This document shows, in pieces, positions 13,190 to 27,631 of a DNA stretch of 64,000 nucleotides. Numbering within the stretch: position 1 is the first letter of the stretch; the number at the start of each line of letters is the position of its first letter. The stretch is from the human T2T-CHM13v2.0 reference genome, Homo sapiens: assembly GCF_009914755.1 (NCBI RefSeq), contig NC_060944.1; one strand, 5' to 3'. Under the pieces are notes generated by a model. It ran no database searches. It was not told the origin of the DNA and saw nothing but the letters and a program-made list of their open reading frames with translations. The translations under genes and the position numbers were made by a program.

Positions 13190-13557
13190 GCTTTGATGTG
13201 ACATCCCAAATGTACCTTCTTTGATGCAGCCCAGAGTGTGTTGTAGTCACACTGAACAATGGGAATAGGAGAAGGGAGAAAGCCAGGCAGATAAGTTCCC
13301 CTCTTCCTTCTCCCCTGCAGTGTACACCAAGTCATGGTTTTTCTTTTTGCTTGCCCAGAGAAAGTCCTGTGTGCTGCGCCAACTTCAGTGTCATTTGTAG
13401 GCCCATCGTAAAGTGGGAGCCTGTAGGGCCTTTGCATCATGTCCCAGTCCTTCTTACTTCCCTTCCCAGTGGCCTCACTTTTGTCGCCCTGGTTCTGCAC
13501 CTGCTAAAGAAAGTGTCAGCCTCAGGTTCTGTTTCCTGGAGGATCCAGACTGAGACA
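13190..13557 (+). mobile_element. ERVL LTR (LTR16/LTR33 group)
   Basis: Ends ctcaggttctgtttcctggaggatccagactgagaca, typical of the 3' end of this LTR group; left boundary uncertain. Confidence 0.6.
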
Positions 13558-13559
13558 CA

Positions 13560-14086
13560 CATTTACAGAAATCAATGACATATGATGTATTTCTCCTACG
13601 TTGAGATATAGAATATCCACCATAGTTTGTGTCCTCTTTTTATTTAAACAGATTTTATAAACATTTTCCCCATTTGAAATATTCTTCTCTAGCATGATTA
13701 TAAATGGCTGCAGAGTTTTCCATAATGTGAATGTATCAGCTTTTAAAAACCAATCTCCTATTGTTGGATATTTAGGCAGTGTGTGCCCTTGCACATCTAT
13801 TTTTGCATATATACCTTTGGTAATTTCTGCAGGATAAATTCCTAGAAGTGGAATTCCAGTTATATTGTTTTATATATAGTTATATATGGCCAGTTAGCCT
13901 TCCAAAAAGTTTATAATTTACCTTCCCAGCAGCAAAGTATAAGAGTACTTGTTTTCTTGGATTCTTCCCAATATTGTATATGCTTTAAAAATCCATGTCA
14001 ATTTAGTAGGTGATAAGTGATCCAGCTGGAATTTACATGTCATTTCTTATATGTGAGGTTGAACCTTTTAAACATATATTTATTAG

Positions 14087-14130
<44 letters not shown>

Positions 14131-14210
14131 TGTGCATGTGCATTTGTGAATTGCCTGTTCCTGTCCTTTGCTGGTTTTTATCTTTTTAATGGAGGTGTTC
14201 TTTTTCTTAT
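13560..14210 (-). mobile_element. L1ME-type 3' fragment
   Basis: caatctcctattgttggatatttagg, ggataaattcctagaagtggaatt and ttgtgaattgcctgttc are antisense L1 motifs. Confidence 0.8.
14088..14133. repeat. (TG)n microsatellite
   Basis: About 17 perfect TG units followed by an interrupted extension. Confidence 0.97.
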
Positions 14211-14344
14211 TGATGTGTGTGTTCTCTGTTGTCCACCGTGTTCTTCCTTGTAGCAGACCATGGCTATGGCCCTACTCAAAGACCAGGTTAGAGCAGAAAG
14301 TCTTGGGGAAGAGATTTTATGAGAAGTTGCACCACCACAATGCA

Positions 14345-14810
14345 GACTCACTCAGGCCTTCCACAAATATTTATTTAGCACTGACTTTGTGCCAGGCACT
14401 GTCTAGACACTTGGGATTTAGCAGTGAACATAGAAAGATACATACAGAGCTTAGATTCTGGTCTATTGGGGGTTGTATGGAGCTATGGGAAATGGTGCAA
14501 AAGCAGACAGGTGTGCCAGGTGGTGATGAAGGTGATGGAGAAAATTCAGGCAGAGGAGAAGGATGGGGCTTCCTAGTGGGGGGCATTTTTAGGGAACCAT
14601 TTGAGTCAAGACCTATGCCAGGGGGCAATCATGCAGAGGTCTAAGGAAGGACATCCTAGGTAGAGGGAACTTCCAGGTTGGGTCCCAGAGAGGGCCAGTG
14701 CTGGGTGAGTTTGAGGAACTATGACAGCACACAGGGTGTGAGGGTGGCAGTGTTGGTGGAGGGAGGTGAGGGGGTGTCAGGACCAGGGACACAGGGCCTC
14801 AAATCTGAGC
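14345..14810 (-). mobile_element. L2 fragment
   Basis: acaaatatttatttagcactgactttgtgccaggcactgt antisense L2 terminus, continuing into the GA-rich L2 body. Confidence 0.8.
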
Positions 14811-14989
14811 AGCTTTACAAATAGCAAGTTAAGAGGGATTAGAACTTGTACAGGAGTGTAGTTTGCTGAAGTGCCTTCTGATAAAGGAGAAATCTCTTCC
14901 ACAGTGGTAGCCCAGGTTAGACTTAGTGAACTGTAGGAAGTAAAAGGAGGTATTTATAGTGTATTATGTTTGTAAAACATAAATAAAGG

Positions 14990-15270
14990 GTTTTCTTTTT
15001 TTTTCTTTTTCTCTTTTTTTATTGAGATAAGGTTTCTGTCACCCAGGCTGGAGTACAATGGCATAAGCATGGCTCACTGCAGCCTTAATCTCCTGTGCTC
15101 AAGTAATCCTCCTACCTCGGCCTCTGGAGTAGCTGGGACTATAGGCATGCCCAACTAATTTTTTATTTTTTGGAGAGACGGGGTCTCACTATGTTGCCAA
15201 GGCTGGTCTTGAACTTCTGAGCTCAAATGATTCTCTCACCTTAGCCTCCCACAAGCCACTGTGCCTAGCC
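14990..15270 (-). mobile_element. AluJ (with small internal deletions)
   Basis: catggctcactgcagcc...gctcaagtaatcctcctacctcgg. Confidence 0.9.
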
Positions 15271-15617
15271 AAAATAGGATTTTGAAGGATGGGGTGCACA
15301 GTCTTTGGACAGTAACAGTAACAAAGAAGACAGTTTTGTAGAATTGGAGAAAATGTGTTTGCAGAAGGCTGTTTGGACTTGTGCCTTCTTAATCTTTAAG
15401 CAAGGTATCATCGCATCCCACTTCAGAGGTGGTTGTTAGTTGATTCTCCCTTCACCATTCATCAAAAGAACAGTCTGATGCCAGCGGCTAGTTTCAAAGA
15501 GTAAAACGGAATATCTCTTTATTTCTTTTAATTAATAAAACCCATGCATGGTCCATCTATATTTGAAGCTAAAGTTATGTCAGTATAAGAACATAGTTCC
15601 TTGGTTCTCAGAAGATG

Positions 15618-15990
15618 TTTATTCATTCACTAATCAATTTTTTCACCTATCAAATATTATCATTTACCTACTATGCCACGCACTAGGCATTTGGGATACC
15701 ATGATGAACAAAACTGACACAGACCCTCTCCTCACTGAGTCTTCGGACTTGGGATCAGGCAGACATTTTTGAAATAATTCTACAAATAAGTATTAATTAT
15801 AACCTGTGATAAGTGCCATGAAATGTAAGTACAAAGTGTCAGAGGAGTGTGAACCTAGATTCATGCAGGGTACAGGAACTCTTCCCTGAGGAAGAGAAGC
15901 TGAGCTAAGGAAAAGGGTGTAATGAGGTGAAGTGGGATGGGAAGAGCACTCCAGGGAGAAGGAGCAGCACATGCAACAGTCCTGAGACAG
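15618..15990 (-). mobile_element. L2 fragment
   Basis: ttattcattcact...cctactatgccacgcactagg...gatgaacaaaactgacacagaccct. Confidence 0.8.
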
Positions 15991-17298
15991 GGTGACCCTG
16001 CGGCTTTCCTACATAATGTCAGCGGACTACAGCGTAACACTTTGGGGGCATAAACTATTACCTTTTGGATATCTGGAAGGTCCCTTGCCGGGAACGACCC
16101 ATCTTGCTATACTAGATTGCCAAGTGTTATTTTTGTTGTCTGCTCTCATTTTATCTTCTAGTGTTTGGTTTTTTAGCTATGAAGCATTCACAGAAATGAT
16201 AAGAGCCAAGATCTCCTTCCAGGAATGTGGTGTTTAATTGGGTAACCCGTGTACCTGGGAGAAAATGCCCGCAGAATATTGAGTAGGAAGCAGGAAGTCC
16301 TTGCTCTGATCCTCATTCCCTGGGGTGGCCTGTGGGGGGTGGGGAGGTATGTGTTAGCAGGTGGAGCTAGCAGTGGCCAGGAAGGCATGACCCAATGAGA
16401 AATAAAAAATTCAGAACCCTCTGAAAGCATTGCAGAATATGATGGGAATTGAAATTAGAAACATTGTGTGCATTTCTAATACTCGTGCTAGGAAAAAGAC
16501 TATAGCTGTGTTAATGTTTAATGCGTGGACCGTAATAGAGAGCTGAACAGCTCTCCACGGCCCCGTTTTTCCATTCGTTTTCGGAATAAAGAAGCTGGTT
16601 CTATTTTAGGCTTGTATTTGGGAAGTGGACTTTACCAGAATGGGAGTCTGAGGCCAGAGTTGCCTTTTCCCTCCCATGTGAACAGATACAGTTGAGAGGT
16701 GAAGAATGGTGTGCTCTGCCCTCCACTGCCCGCCCCCTTTGTATGTGTGTTATGTGAAATTTTAAGGGGGTATATGGAGTTTGGTGATTTAAAATTCTTT
16801 ATCAGTTTTCTCTCTAGATTTTCATAGAATCACCTATAGACTTTCTTTAGGGTACCTCTGTTAGGGACAGAAAAAGGGAATGAAATATACACCGGTTTCT
16901 TGTTGTTTTCATTTTTAGCATTCATTTGAGCAGGGATGCAACTGAGGCTTTAGTTTGCCCTTGGATTAGTTATCCTCTGTCTCAGTAGGCAGGTTTATTT
17001 GGACAGTGGCATATGGAGAGGGTCAATGGGGGCAGGAAGGATGTTGGTATTTTATCACTAACATTGTTTAAAATTACAGTGCATGTGGACAATAAAAACC
17101 ATAATGACTTTATTATTTGTTTTAAAACTATCTAGACCAGCACTGTCCAATAGAATTTTTTGCAGTGTTGCAAATATTTTACATCTCACTGTCCAGTACA
17201 TTGGACACTAGCCACTTGTGACTAATGAGCACTCTAAATGCAGTTAGACTGTGGAACTTAAATTTTAATTAAAAATTTTTTCATAAGTTTAAATTTAA

Positions 17299-17472
17299 GC
17301 CGGGTATGGTGGCCCATGCCTGTAGTCAGTCCTAACTACTTGGGAGGCTGGGGCAGGAGGATCACTTGAGCCTGGGAGTTCAAGGCTACAGTGAGCTCAG
17401 ATTGTGCCACTGTACTCCAACCTGGCTGACGGAGCAAGACATTGTCACTCAAAAAATAAAAAATAAAAAAAA
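17299..17472 (+). mobile_element. FRAM-like free right Alu monomer
   Basis: Single right-arm monomer with A-tail. Confidence 0.8.
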
Positions 17473-17476
17473 TAGT

Positions 17477-17787
17477 GGCTGGGTATGGCGGCTCATGCCT
17501 TAATCCCAGCACACTTTGGGAGGCTGAGGCAGGAGGATTACTTGAGGCCAAGAGTTAAAGACCAGCCTGGGGCAACTTAGCGAGACCTTGTCTCTACGAA
17601 AAACAAAAATAAGCCAGGCGTGGTGGTGTGTGTCTGTACTCCCAGCTACTTAGGAGGCTGAGGTGGGAGGATCACTTGAGCCCAGGAGTTCAAGACTGCA
17701 ATGAGCTGTGATCACACCACTGCATTTCAGCCTGGGTGACAGAGCAAGACCCTGTCTCTAAAAAAAAAAAAAAAAAATTAAAAAATA
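17477..17787 (+). mobile_element. AluJ
   Basis: gaggatcacttgagcccaggagttcaagactgca; A-tail. Confidence 0.93.
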
Positions 17788-17789
17788 AT

Positions 17790-19400
17790 TTTACCCATGT
17801 AAAAAATTGAATTATTTGTCTTGTTGATTTTTTAAAAATTTCTTGTAGATTTTGGATTTTAGACCTTTGTCAGATGCATAGTTTCCAAATATTTTCTCCC
17901 ATTCTATAGGTTATCTGTTTACTCTATGGATAATTTCTTTCACTGTGCAGAAGCTCTTTAGTTTAATTAGGTTCCACTTGTTAATTTTTGTTTTTGCTGC
18001 AATTGCATTTGGGGACCTAGCCAAATTCTCTAGCAAAGCTTATGCCAAGAGGGTATTTCCTAGGTTTTTCTTTCAGTATTTTTATAGTTCGAGGTCTTAC
18101 ATTTAAATCTTAATCCATCTTGAGTTAATTTTTGCATATGGTGAAAGGTAGGGGTCCAGTTTCATTCTTCTACATATAGCGAGTCAGTTATCCCAGCATC
18201 CTTTATTAAATAGGGAGTGCTTTCCCCATTGCTTATTTTTGTCACCTTTGTTGAAGATCAGATGGTTGTAGGTGTGCAGCCTTATTTGTGGGTTCTGTAT
18301 TCTGTTACATTAGTCTGTGTGTCTGCTTTTGTACCAGTATCATGCTGTTTTGGTTACTGTAGCCTTATACTATAGTTTAATGTCAGGTAATGTGATGCCT
18401 CTGGCTTTGTTCTTTTTGCTTAGGATTGCTTTGGCTACTTGGGCTCTTTTTTGGTTTCCTATAAATTTTAGGATAGTTTTTTCTGTTTTTATGAAAAATG
18501 ACATTGGTATTTTGATAGAAATGGCATTGAATCTATAAATTGCTTTGGGCAGAATTTTAACATGGGCAAAGGACATAAACAGACACTGCTCAAAAGAAGT
18601 CATATGCATGGCCAACAAACGTGGAAAAATGCTTGTTGTCACTAATCATCAGATAAATGCAAATCAAAACCACAATGAGATACCATCTCACATCAGTCTA
18701 AATGGCAATTTTTAAAATTAAAAATGAGCAGAAGCTGGCAAAGCTGTAGAGAAAAGAAAATGCTTATACCTTATTTGTGGGAATGTAAATTAGTACAGCC
18801 ACTGTGGAAAGCAGTTTGGAGATTTCTCAAAGAACTTAGAACTATTAATATCATTCAACCCAGCAATCCCATTACTAAGTATGTACATACCTAAGTGAAA
18901 ATAGATTGTTCTACCAAAAAGACACATGTACTTATATGTTCATCACAGTGCTATTCATTCTAGCAAAGACATGAAATAATCTAAGTGCCCATCAGCAGTG
19001 GACACATAAAGAAAATATGGTACATATACCCCATGGAATGCTCTGTAGCCATAAAAAGAACAAAATCATGTCCTTTGCAGCAACATGGATGCAGCTGGAG
19101 GCCATTATCCTAAGTGAATTAATGCAGGAGTGGAAAACCAAATACTGCTTCTCACTAAGAAGTGGGAGCTAAACACTGAGTACACATGGAAGTAAAGATG
19201 GGAACAGCAGACACTGGAGACTACTAGAGCGGGAAAGGAGGGAAGGGGATGTGGGCTGAAAAACTACCTATTGGGTACTATGCTCATGACCTGGGTGATG
19301 AGATCATCTGTACCATAAACCTCAGCATCACACAATATACCCAGGTAACAAACCTACACATGTACCCTCTGAATCAAAAATAAAATTAAGAAAAGAAAAA
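17790..19400 (+). mobile_element. 5'-truncated, 5'-inverted L1PA15/16 (17790-18552 antisense, 18553-19400 sense)
   Basis: ORF2 peptide [20 protein letters not shown] on -. The sense part runs from tgggcaaaggacataaacagac to the 3'UTR gctgaaaaactacctattgggtactatgctc...aacctcagcatcacacaatatacc and an A-rich tail. Confidence 0.92.
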
Positions 19401-20431
19401 TTTAAATAGCCACACCTGGCTAGTGGCTACCATATTGGACAGTGCAGGGCTAGACAATGTCCCACCTTGTTGCCTGCATCTGGGGTGCATGCATTACTCC
19501 TACTCCCCAGCCTTAGCCCCTACTGCTTGGAGAATCTCACACCTGGTCAGCATAAAGCCAGTTTTCAGGCTGCCACTTACTTACCTTTTGGTGTCTGTGC
19601 CATGAAAAGAGGCAGAGACCAAAGAGGTTGTGCCTATGTAAAAGGAAAAAAAAATTAGCACCTTACTTACAACTTAGGGCACAATAAAGCATGTATCTAA
19701 GAACATACTTTTATTGTCTACTGATTACCAATGATGTGAGAGCCACACCCCAAACTGTGTTCTCCTCCATAGTTTATTCTTCACTTTAGTGTACACACTG
19801 GCCAATGCAAGGACTTAATGATCTCCATCTTTCATGTGTAATTAAATATTAACATGATACCTAAGACAAGGAGTTTGACGTTTGCTGATTTGATGCCTTG
19901 TTTGTAAGTGATGGAGGTAATGAAATGGTTTCTAACTTCTTAGAGAAAAGTCTCTGGAACGTAGCATCTCCATTCATATTTGCCACAAGCTCTCTGTATC
20001 TCTGCTTCCTTTGGCTATTTGCCAGGGGGAATGCCTTTTATCTGCAGGTTTGGGGCAGGCTAGGGGGAGAAGAGGTCATTTTACTCTGCCTTTATGACAA
20101 GGTTAACTGGTTTCATCAGGCTAGTACAAGCCACCATGAATGGATCCACTCACTGAGGGAAGAAGACAAATGCCTGCTAGCTATGGCACTGATTGAGTTG
20201 TTGCTGAGGTCAGTAGCTCAAAGGGATGCACTAAAGGCAGAGCCATCTGGGCTGGAGTCAGGAGGAGCCCCACTGACTGCCTGGAAGGAGAGCTGAGGCT
20301 CTGAACCTTGGCTCCTAGCACTTGGCACCATACGCCTATAAATTATGTTTACTTTTTATGAAATCATCCCTGAAAAATCTTTCTGCCAAACAGGATAGAG
20401 CTGCATGTGAATTAATCAGCACTCTTATTAA

Positions 20432-20904
<473 letters not shown>

Positions 20905-20992
20905 TGACTTTTATGTAAATGAAGAGAAGTTAGTCAGTGAATAACATTGTTTGTTGTTTTCTGCCAGCTTTTCTTGTAATAGAAAAATTGAG

Positions 20993-21289
20993 GGCCAGGT
21001 GCGGTGGCTCATGCCTGTAATCCCAGCACTTTGGGAGGCTGAGGCGGGTAGATCACCTGAGGTCAGGAATTCGAGGCCAACCTGACCAACGTGGCAAAAC
21101 CCCATCTCTACTAAAACTACAAAAATTAGCTGGGTTTGGTGGCACATGCCTGTAATCCCAGCTACTCGGGAGGTTGAGACATGAGAATCGCTTGAACCCA
21201 GGAGGCGGAGGTTGCAGCTAGCCAAGGTTGCGCCATTGCACTGCAGCCTGGGTGACAGAGCGAGACTCCATCTAAAAAAAAAAAAAAAA
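20993..21289 (+). mobile_element. AluSx-like
   Basis: Full dimer; aaaaattg on both sides. Confidence 0.96.
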
Positions 21290-21488
21290 TTGTCTTCCGC
21301 ATGGATCACACTTATTTATTAGACATTTATTTGTTTTCTCCCTTTGCTCCTTAACCAAGCACCTTGAAAGCAGCACCCTTATCCCCATTGTGTATCCAGT
21401 CTCAGTGAGGTATTCACAGAGTGGGCACATGCAGGGACCACAAGCCCATCAGTAAACGAGCAGGACGTTAGAAATTAGGAGTTAGATC

Positions 21489-21672
21489 TGTGCTGACCAA
21501 CATGCTAGCGCCAGCCACGTGTAGCCATGAAAATTAAATTAATAAAAAATTTTCCTTAGCTGCACTAGCCACGTTTCAAGTGCTCAGTAGCCTTGTGTGT
21601 CTAGTGACTACTGTATTGCACAGCACGGATGCAGGAAGTCTCCATCGCATTGAAGGTTCTACCTGACAGCAC
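21489..21672. mobile_element. MER3
   Basis: gcactagccacgtttcaagtgctcagtagcc core. Confidence 0.85.
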
Positions 21673-23024
21673 CATGGTCGACCTTTCTGGAATGAGCTTG
21701 TTTAGTCTGCAGATGTTGCTGAGTATCTTCTCAGACCCTGCTCTGACCACAGGGATGCTGTGAGGAGCAACAAAGGCCAGGCCTGGCACTCACAGAGACA
21801 CCATCTGGGTGAGGAACAAGGTGTGAGAAGTGAACGAAATTCTTACATCATAAATGTCAGTACCGCAGTGCTCACGGCTCCCTGGGGATACAGGAGTAAG
21901 ATCCTATTCCCTCTTCTCAGCAGGGAAGAGAGATAATTAAGCATCATATTTTACAAATGGGGAGACAGATTAGTGCAGGTAAATTGAGCCCACCCGTGCC
22001 TTGCAGTTGGTCCCTTTGCCTCTCTGAGCTGCATCTTCTTACCCTGGTTAGTGAGGCGTTTAGAACGTGTTCTCCAGAGCATTGGTGAGGGCTCCAAAGA
22101 AAACCTTCTGCTTAGCACTCACCATTTAATACATTGAGGCTATTATTACGGTAACCTTTCATACTATAAAACTGGTTTGGAAGCTAATAAGCAACCTCAG
22201 CTAGAGGCCGCGGGAAGGGGAGGCCTTTACTGGGAAAGGGAACAACTGGGTTAGGGAGCAGCAGCCGGGCCTTCCGAAATGATTGCATTTCCCTGAGGGG
22301 GACATGCCTCGGTGAGATTCTTGTAAATGGAACACTTTGCAGACTCCTACTTTTTTTTATATACAGGTCACAAATTGCATTTATTTGTAGACATCTAGAA
22401 AACAATCAAAAGTGTGTATATCACTCTATATAGATCTTATTAATAATTTTATTTGGACAAGAGAACTTATGCCACAGCAGTCTTACACAGCATGGTTAAA
22501 GACTGCAGTACCCCCAAGAGTGGTTTCAGGTATGTACAGTATGTGAAGAAAAAGTGGCACCTCAGAGCCACCATGATCAAGTTAAAAACGCCCGACGTAT
22601 AGTATATGTGCCAATAGATTCCCTTCAGGTCATGACCAGCATGAAAAACATCAGGACACAGATACTCAGCGCGTGTTCTGCGAATGTGTCCTGCAGTATC
22701 TTGCAGTTAAGAGTTCAGATCAGATCCTGCTTCCATGTTAGCATCAAGCCCTCAGGAGAAATGAAAAAATCCCTTTTCCCTTGTGCAAGTGTCAGCAACG
22801 ATTCACACATAGAGCTGGAGTGGGCTGGGTAGCTGGCCGCAGAACCCAACCAGTCCTTGCCTGGGAGAAAATGAGATTGATACTGAAGGTCTCTCGTTCA
22901 GGCGCACATCTGCCTCTGGTTGTAAGAATTTCGTTTATTGGTTGGTAAATAAAACCAGGAGAAAGCAATGCAGGTCTCTGGGAATCTCATCCCTTCCATA
23001 AGGGAAATGCTCTGCCTATGCCAG

Positions 23025-23520
23025 CCCCCTCCCCCTCCGCCTCCCCCTCCCCTCCCCTCCCTGTCCCTTCCTCCCTCCCGCCCTCCCTTCCTTCCTCCCT
23101 TCCGTCCTTCCTTCCTTCCTTTTCTTTCCCTCCCTCCTTCCTTTACTTCTTCCCTTCCCTTGCTTTCCTTCCCCTTCCCTTTCCTTCCCTTTCCCTTCCC
23201 CTTCTTCCCCTTCCCCTTCTTCCCCTTCCTGTTCCTCTTCTTCCCCTTCCCCTTCTTCCCCTTCCCCTTCTTTCCCTTCCCCTTCTTTCCCTTCCCTTCC
23301 CTTCCTTTCCTTTCCCTTCCCTTCCTTTCCTTTCCCTTCCCTTCCCTTCCCTTCCTTTCCCTTCCCTTCCTTTCCCTTCCCTTCCCTTCTCTTCCCCTCC
23401 ATTCCCCTCCCCTCCCCTCCCCTCCCCTCCCCTCCCCCCTTCCCTTCTTTCCTTCTCTCTCTCTCTCTCCTTCTGCCCTCCCTCCCTTTTTCTGTTTCTT
23501 CCTCCCTTTCCTTTTCCTCT
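23025..23520. repeat. ~500-bp polypyrimidine tract of (CCCTT)/(CCTT)/(CCCCT)/(CT) units
   Basis: Almost purely C/T on +; adjoins the tail end of the - strand AluJ. Confidence 0.97.
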
Positions 23521-23807
<287 letters not shown>

Positions 23808-24344
23808 CACGTTTTATTCAGTCAGGAAGATAGGAGGATTTAAGGCTTTGGTGACAATTATAATAGTCTTGAGAAATTGTTTTCCCTTAAAGTCAAGGTG
23901 TTTTGTAGACTCCTATTTGACCATATTTTAATGGATGCTGTTGTCATATCTGCACCCAGGCTGCGTTGTCTTCTGTAAAGAGCACATCTCTGCTCCAGAA
24001 TCTTCCCTAGAATTTTCCAGGAGCGAGGGGAATGTGGGCCTCATATGTCACCTTCCTGCCTGTGCGTATTCCCCCACCTCTCAGACACTAATGTCTTTGA
24101 GCAAGTCAGGCCGCCTGTCTCGGAGTCTCATTGTAGGTGAAAATGGGGACGTGCAGGGCCTTGCCAAGACCAGGAAAGATGACATCTGTAGTTTCCACGT
24201 CTTTCTCGGTCTCAGGTGGTTTGGTTACCCCAGCCCTTCAGGTCAGGTGCCCTCCTAGACTGGGGGTCCTGCGGTCATGATGGATGCTCAGATTAGGGAG
24301 GAAATTCATGGGCGTGACTGACACACTGAGTCAGCAGAGTCTAG

Positions 24345-24690
<346 letters not shown>

Positions 24691-24780
24691 TAGTTTTTAC
24701 TGCTTCCATTTAAAATCTGAGAAACTGGAGAAAAATCTTGTACTCAAGATTGGGTAAATCTCTTAAAAGTTATTTAAAGC

Positions 24781-25129
<349 letters not shown>

Positions 25130-25257
25130 TTAATACAACTATTTTGATTCCTTATTTCTTCATAGTGTTTTGCAGATATTCACATGTCCTTCTTATTGAT
25201 GTAATTGTCATGAACTTTTTCACTTAAAGCTTTACCATTTTCAGTGAGGGTGACTAA

Positions 25258-25741
<484 letters not shown>

Positions 25742-26589
25742 TCAACTCATATAATTTTTATGTTTGCATGCTATTTATTAAATCAGTCTACCATAACTTT
25801 ACTCTTGGACATCTAGATTAATTTTTCACAATTATAAGTAGTATGCAAGTGATCATCTTTATTCTGATAATACTTTTCTTTGACTGAAGAGAAATTCCAA
25901 GAAATGGGTATGAACACCTTTGTATGAGCAAATCAGTAAAACTTTAGCAAATCACACATTTTTACTATTCTGATAAGCTTTTCTAGGATCTGCTGATGTA
26001 TATGTTTTTAACAATAATTACATAGTTCAGTTCTGTATTATTAACTTGAAATGATCTTAAATTTTTATCACAGAAAATATTAAACACATGTACACTGGGC
26101 AATAGAGTCTGTCGAACCCCTGTGTGTCCAGCATCAGTGGACACCCAGGATGGCAGCTCTGATTTTGTCAACCCTTTAACATCTTCTATTACTTTGAAGC
26201 AAATCTCAGTGTTATTTCATCTATACATATTCAGTGATTTATTTTTTTAACCTCTACATTTACATCCAAAGTCCTTACCTTGTCTTTCTAGCTGCATAAC
26301 CCACATGCGTTAAGCATCCCCTGTGGACAGTGGGAAACCATTGACTGTTTCCGAGCAGAGGAAGGATAAAGTGGTGAGAACTGTACTTTGTAGAATGAAC
26401 TTGTTAGCTGTCTGCAGGATGCTTGATGTGGAAACACCTGGAAGTGAGGAGCTGGTCATCCATGTCCAGCCCTCCAGCTGTGATGCTGCTGCTCAGCTCA
26501 TTCCCATTCCCTCCTCCCGCTCCCTGCCTGCATCTGTCTCCTTACCCTCTTATGAATAGTTGGTGACTGAGCCCTGCCATGGCTGAAAG

Positions 26590-26930
26590 TCACAGTCAAA
26601 TAGAATTCTCAGTTAAAAGTTCCTTAAACAATAGGAACATTTGATTTTCTTTCATGAGTTCCGAGGCCCGAGCCCAGGGACTCCAGGGCTGGTTACTTTG
26701 GCAGCTCCCAGGTGCTGGGGTTCTGTTTTCCTCTCTGTCCTCTACCTCATCTCCTCTTGGTTACAAAATGGCTGCCACAGCAGTGCCCTTACACCCTCCA
26801 CGTCTGTGTCCAAGGCAGGCCAGAGGGTTGGTGTTTCCTATGTCCTCTGGGCAGAGCTGGGTTACTGTCCAGCAGGTCACCAGGGAGTTTGGGAAAGTGG
26901 ATTTGTGGCATTTTCACACTCTGGAGTGGA
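26590..26930 (-). mobile_element. Old MLT1 (J/K/L-type) LTR
   Basis: ggttacaaaatggctgccacagcag, ctctgggcagagctgggtta and agggagtttgggaaagtgg. Confidence 0.65.
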
Positions 26931-27631
26931 GTTGCAGCAGGAGAGGAAGGCTATTAGGTCAAGAGAGCCTGCCTTAGGGGCTCTTATTTAATAGCCTGTT
27001 TTACATGTGAAAAAGCTTTAGTCTCTAAAAGCTTTCTCCAAAACCACAGGTAGGCCATGGCAGAATGAAGCCTCCAACCCAGGTTTTCCCACCTGAGGCA
27101 GCGGTGTTCTTTTCCCCATCTGTCACCTTGAGTCTCTGTGCAGGAGGCTTGGGTGGAGCAAATAGAGGCCTGGAAATGGGTCAGCAGTAGGAACAGAGAA
27201 GGCCAGAGAAGTGGGAGATGTGGAGAAGGACCCTGAGGTGACAGCAAGCCTTGAACAGGCTAACAGGGACATGGGCAGGGGCAGCTTTGGGGTTTTCGCG
27301 TGATGCCAGCAGGACAGTCATGGGGAGGTCTGGCCTTCAAGTTTCTGTCAGATCTCCCGCGTTGAGGCAAGTCATCTGTTAGAGGTGGTCATCAGGGAGG
27401 ATGGAGCCCAGCTTGTGTGGGGATGGCTATAAAGTGGAAGAGGAGCCAGGGAAGTACCTCAGTTTGGAAGCCTAGTGGGAGAGACTTTCTAGAAGGGCAG
27501 CTCCATGCTGTCTCACTGTAAGAGGCTGAGGAGGTGAGCATTTGGAAAGTACCATTGGGCTTGCTGGCCACACAGTCAAGAGTGATCATGTGTGTGTTTG
27601 TGTGTGTGTACGTGTGTGTACACATATGTAT

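Larger units (their letters stand above)
17138..19447. mobile_element. MER3 (hAT-Charlie), split into 17138-17298 and 19401-19447 by nested retroelements
   Basis: cagcactgtccaatagaa...aaatttaa resumes as tttaaatagccacacctggctagtggctaccatattggacagtgcag; both flanks carry ctagac. Confidence 0.9.
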
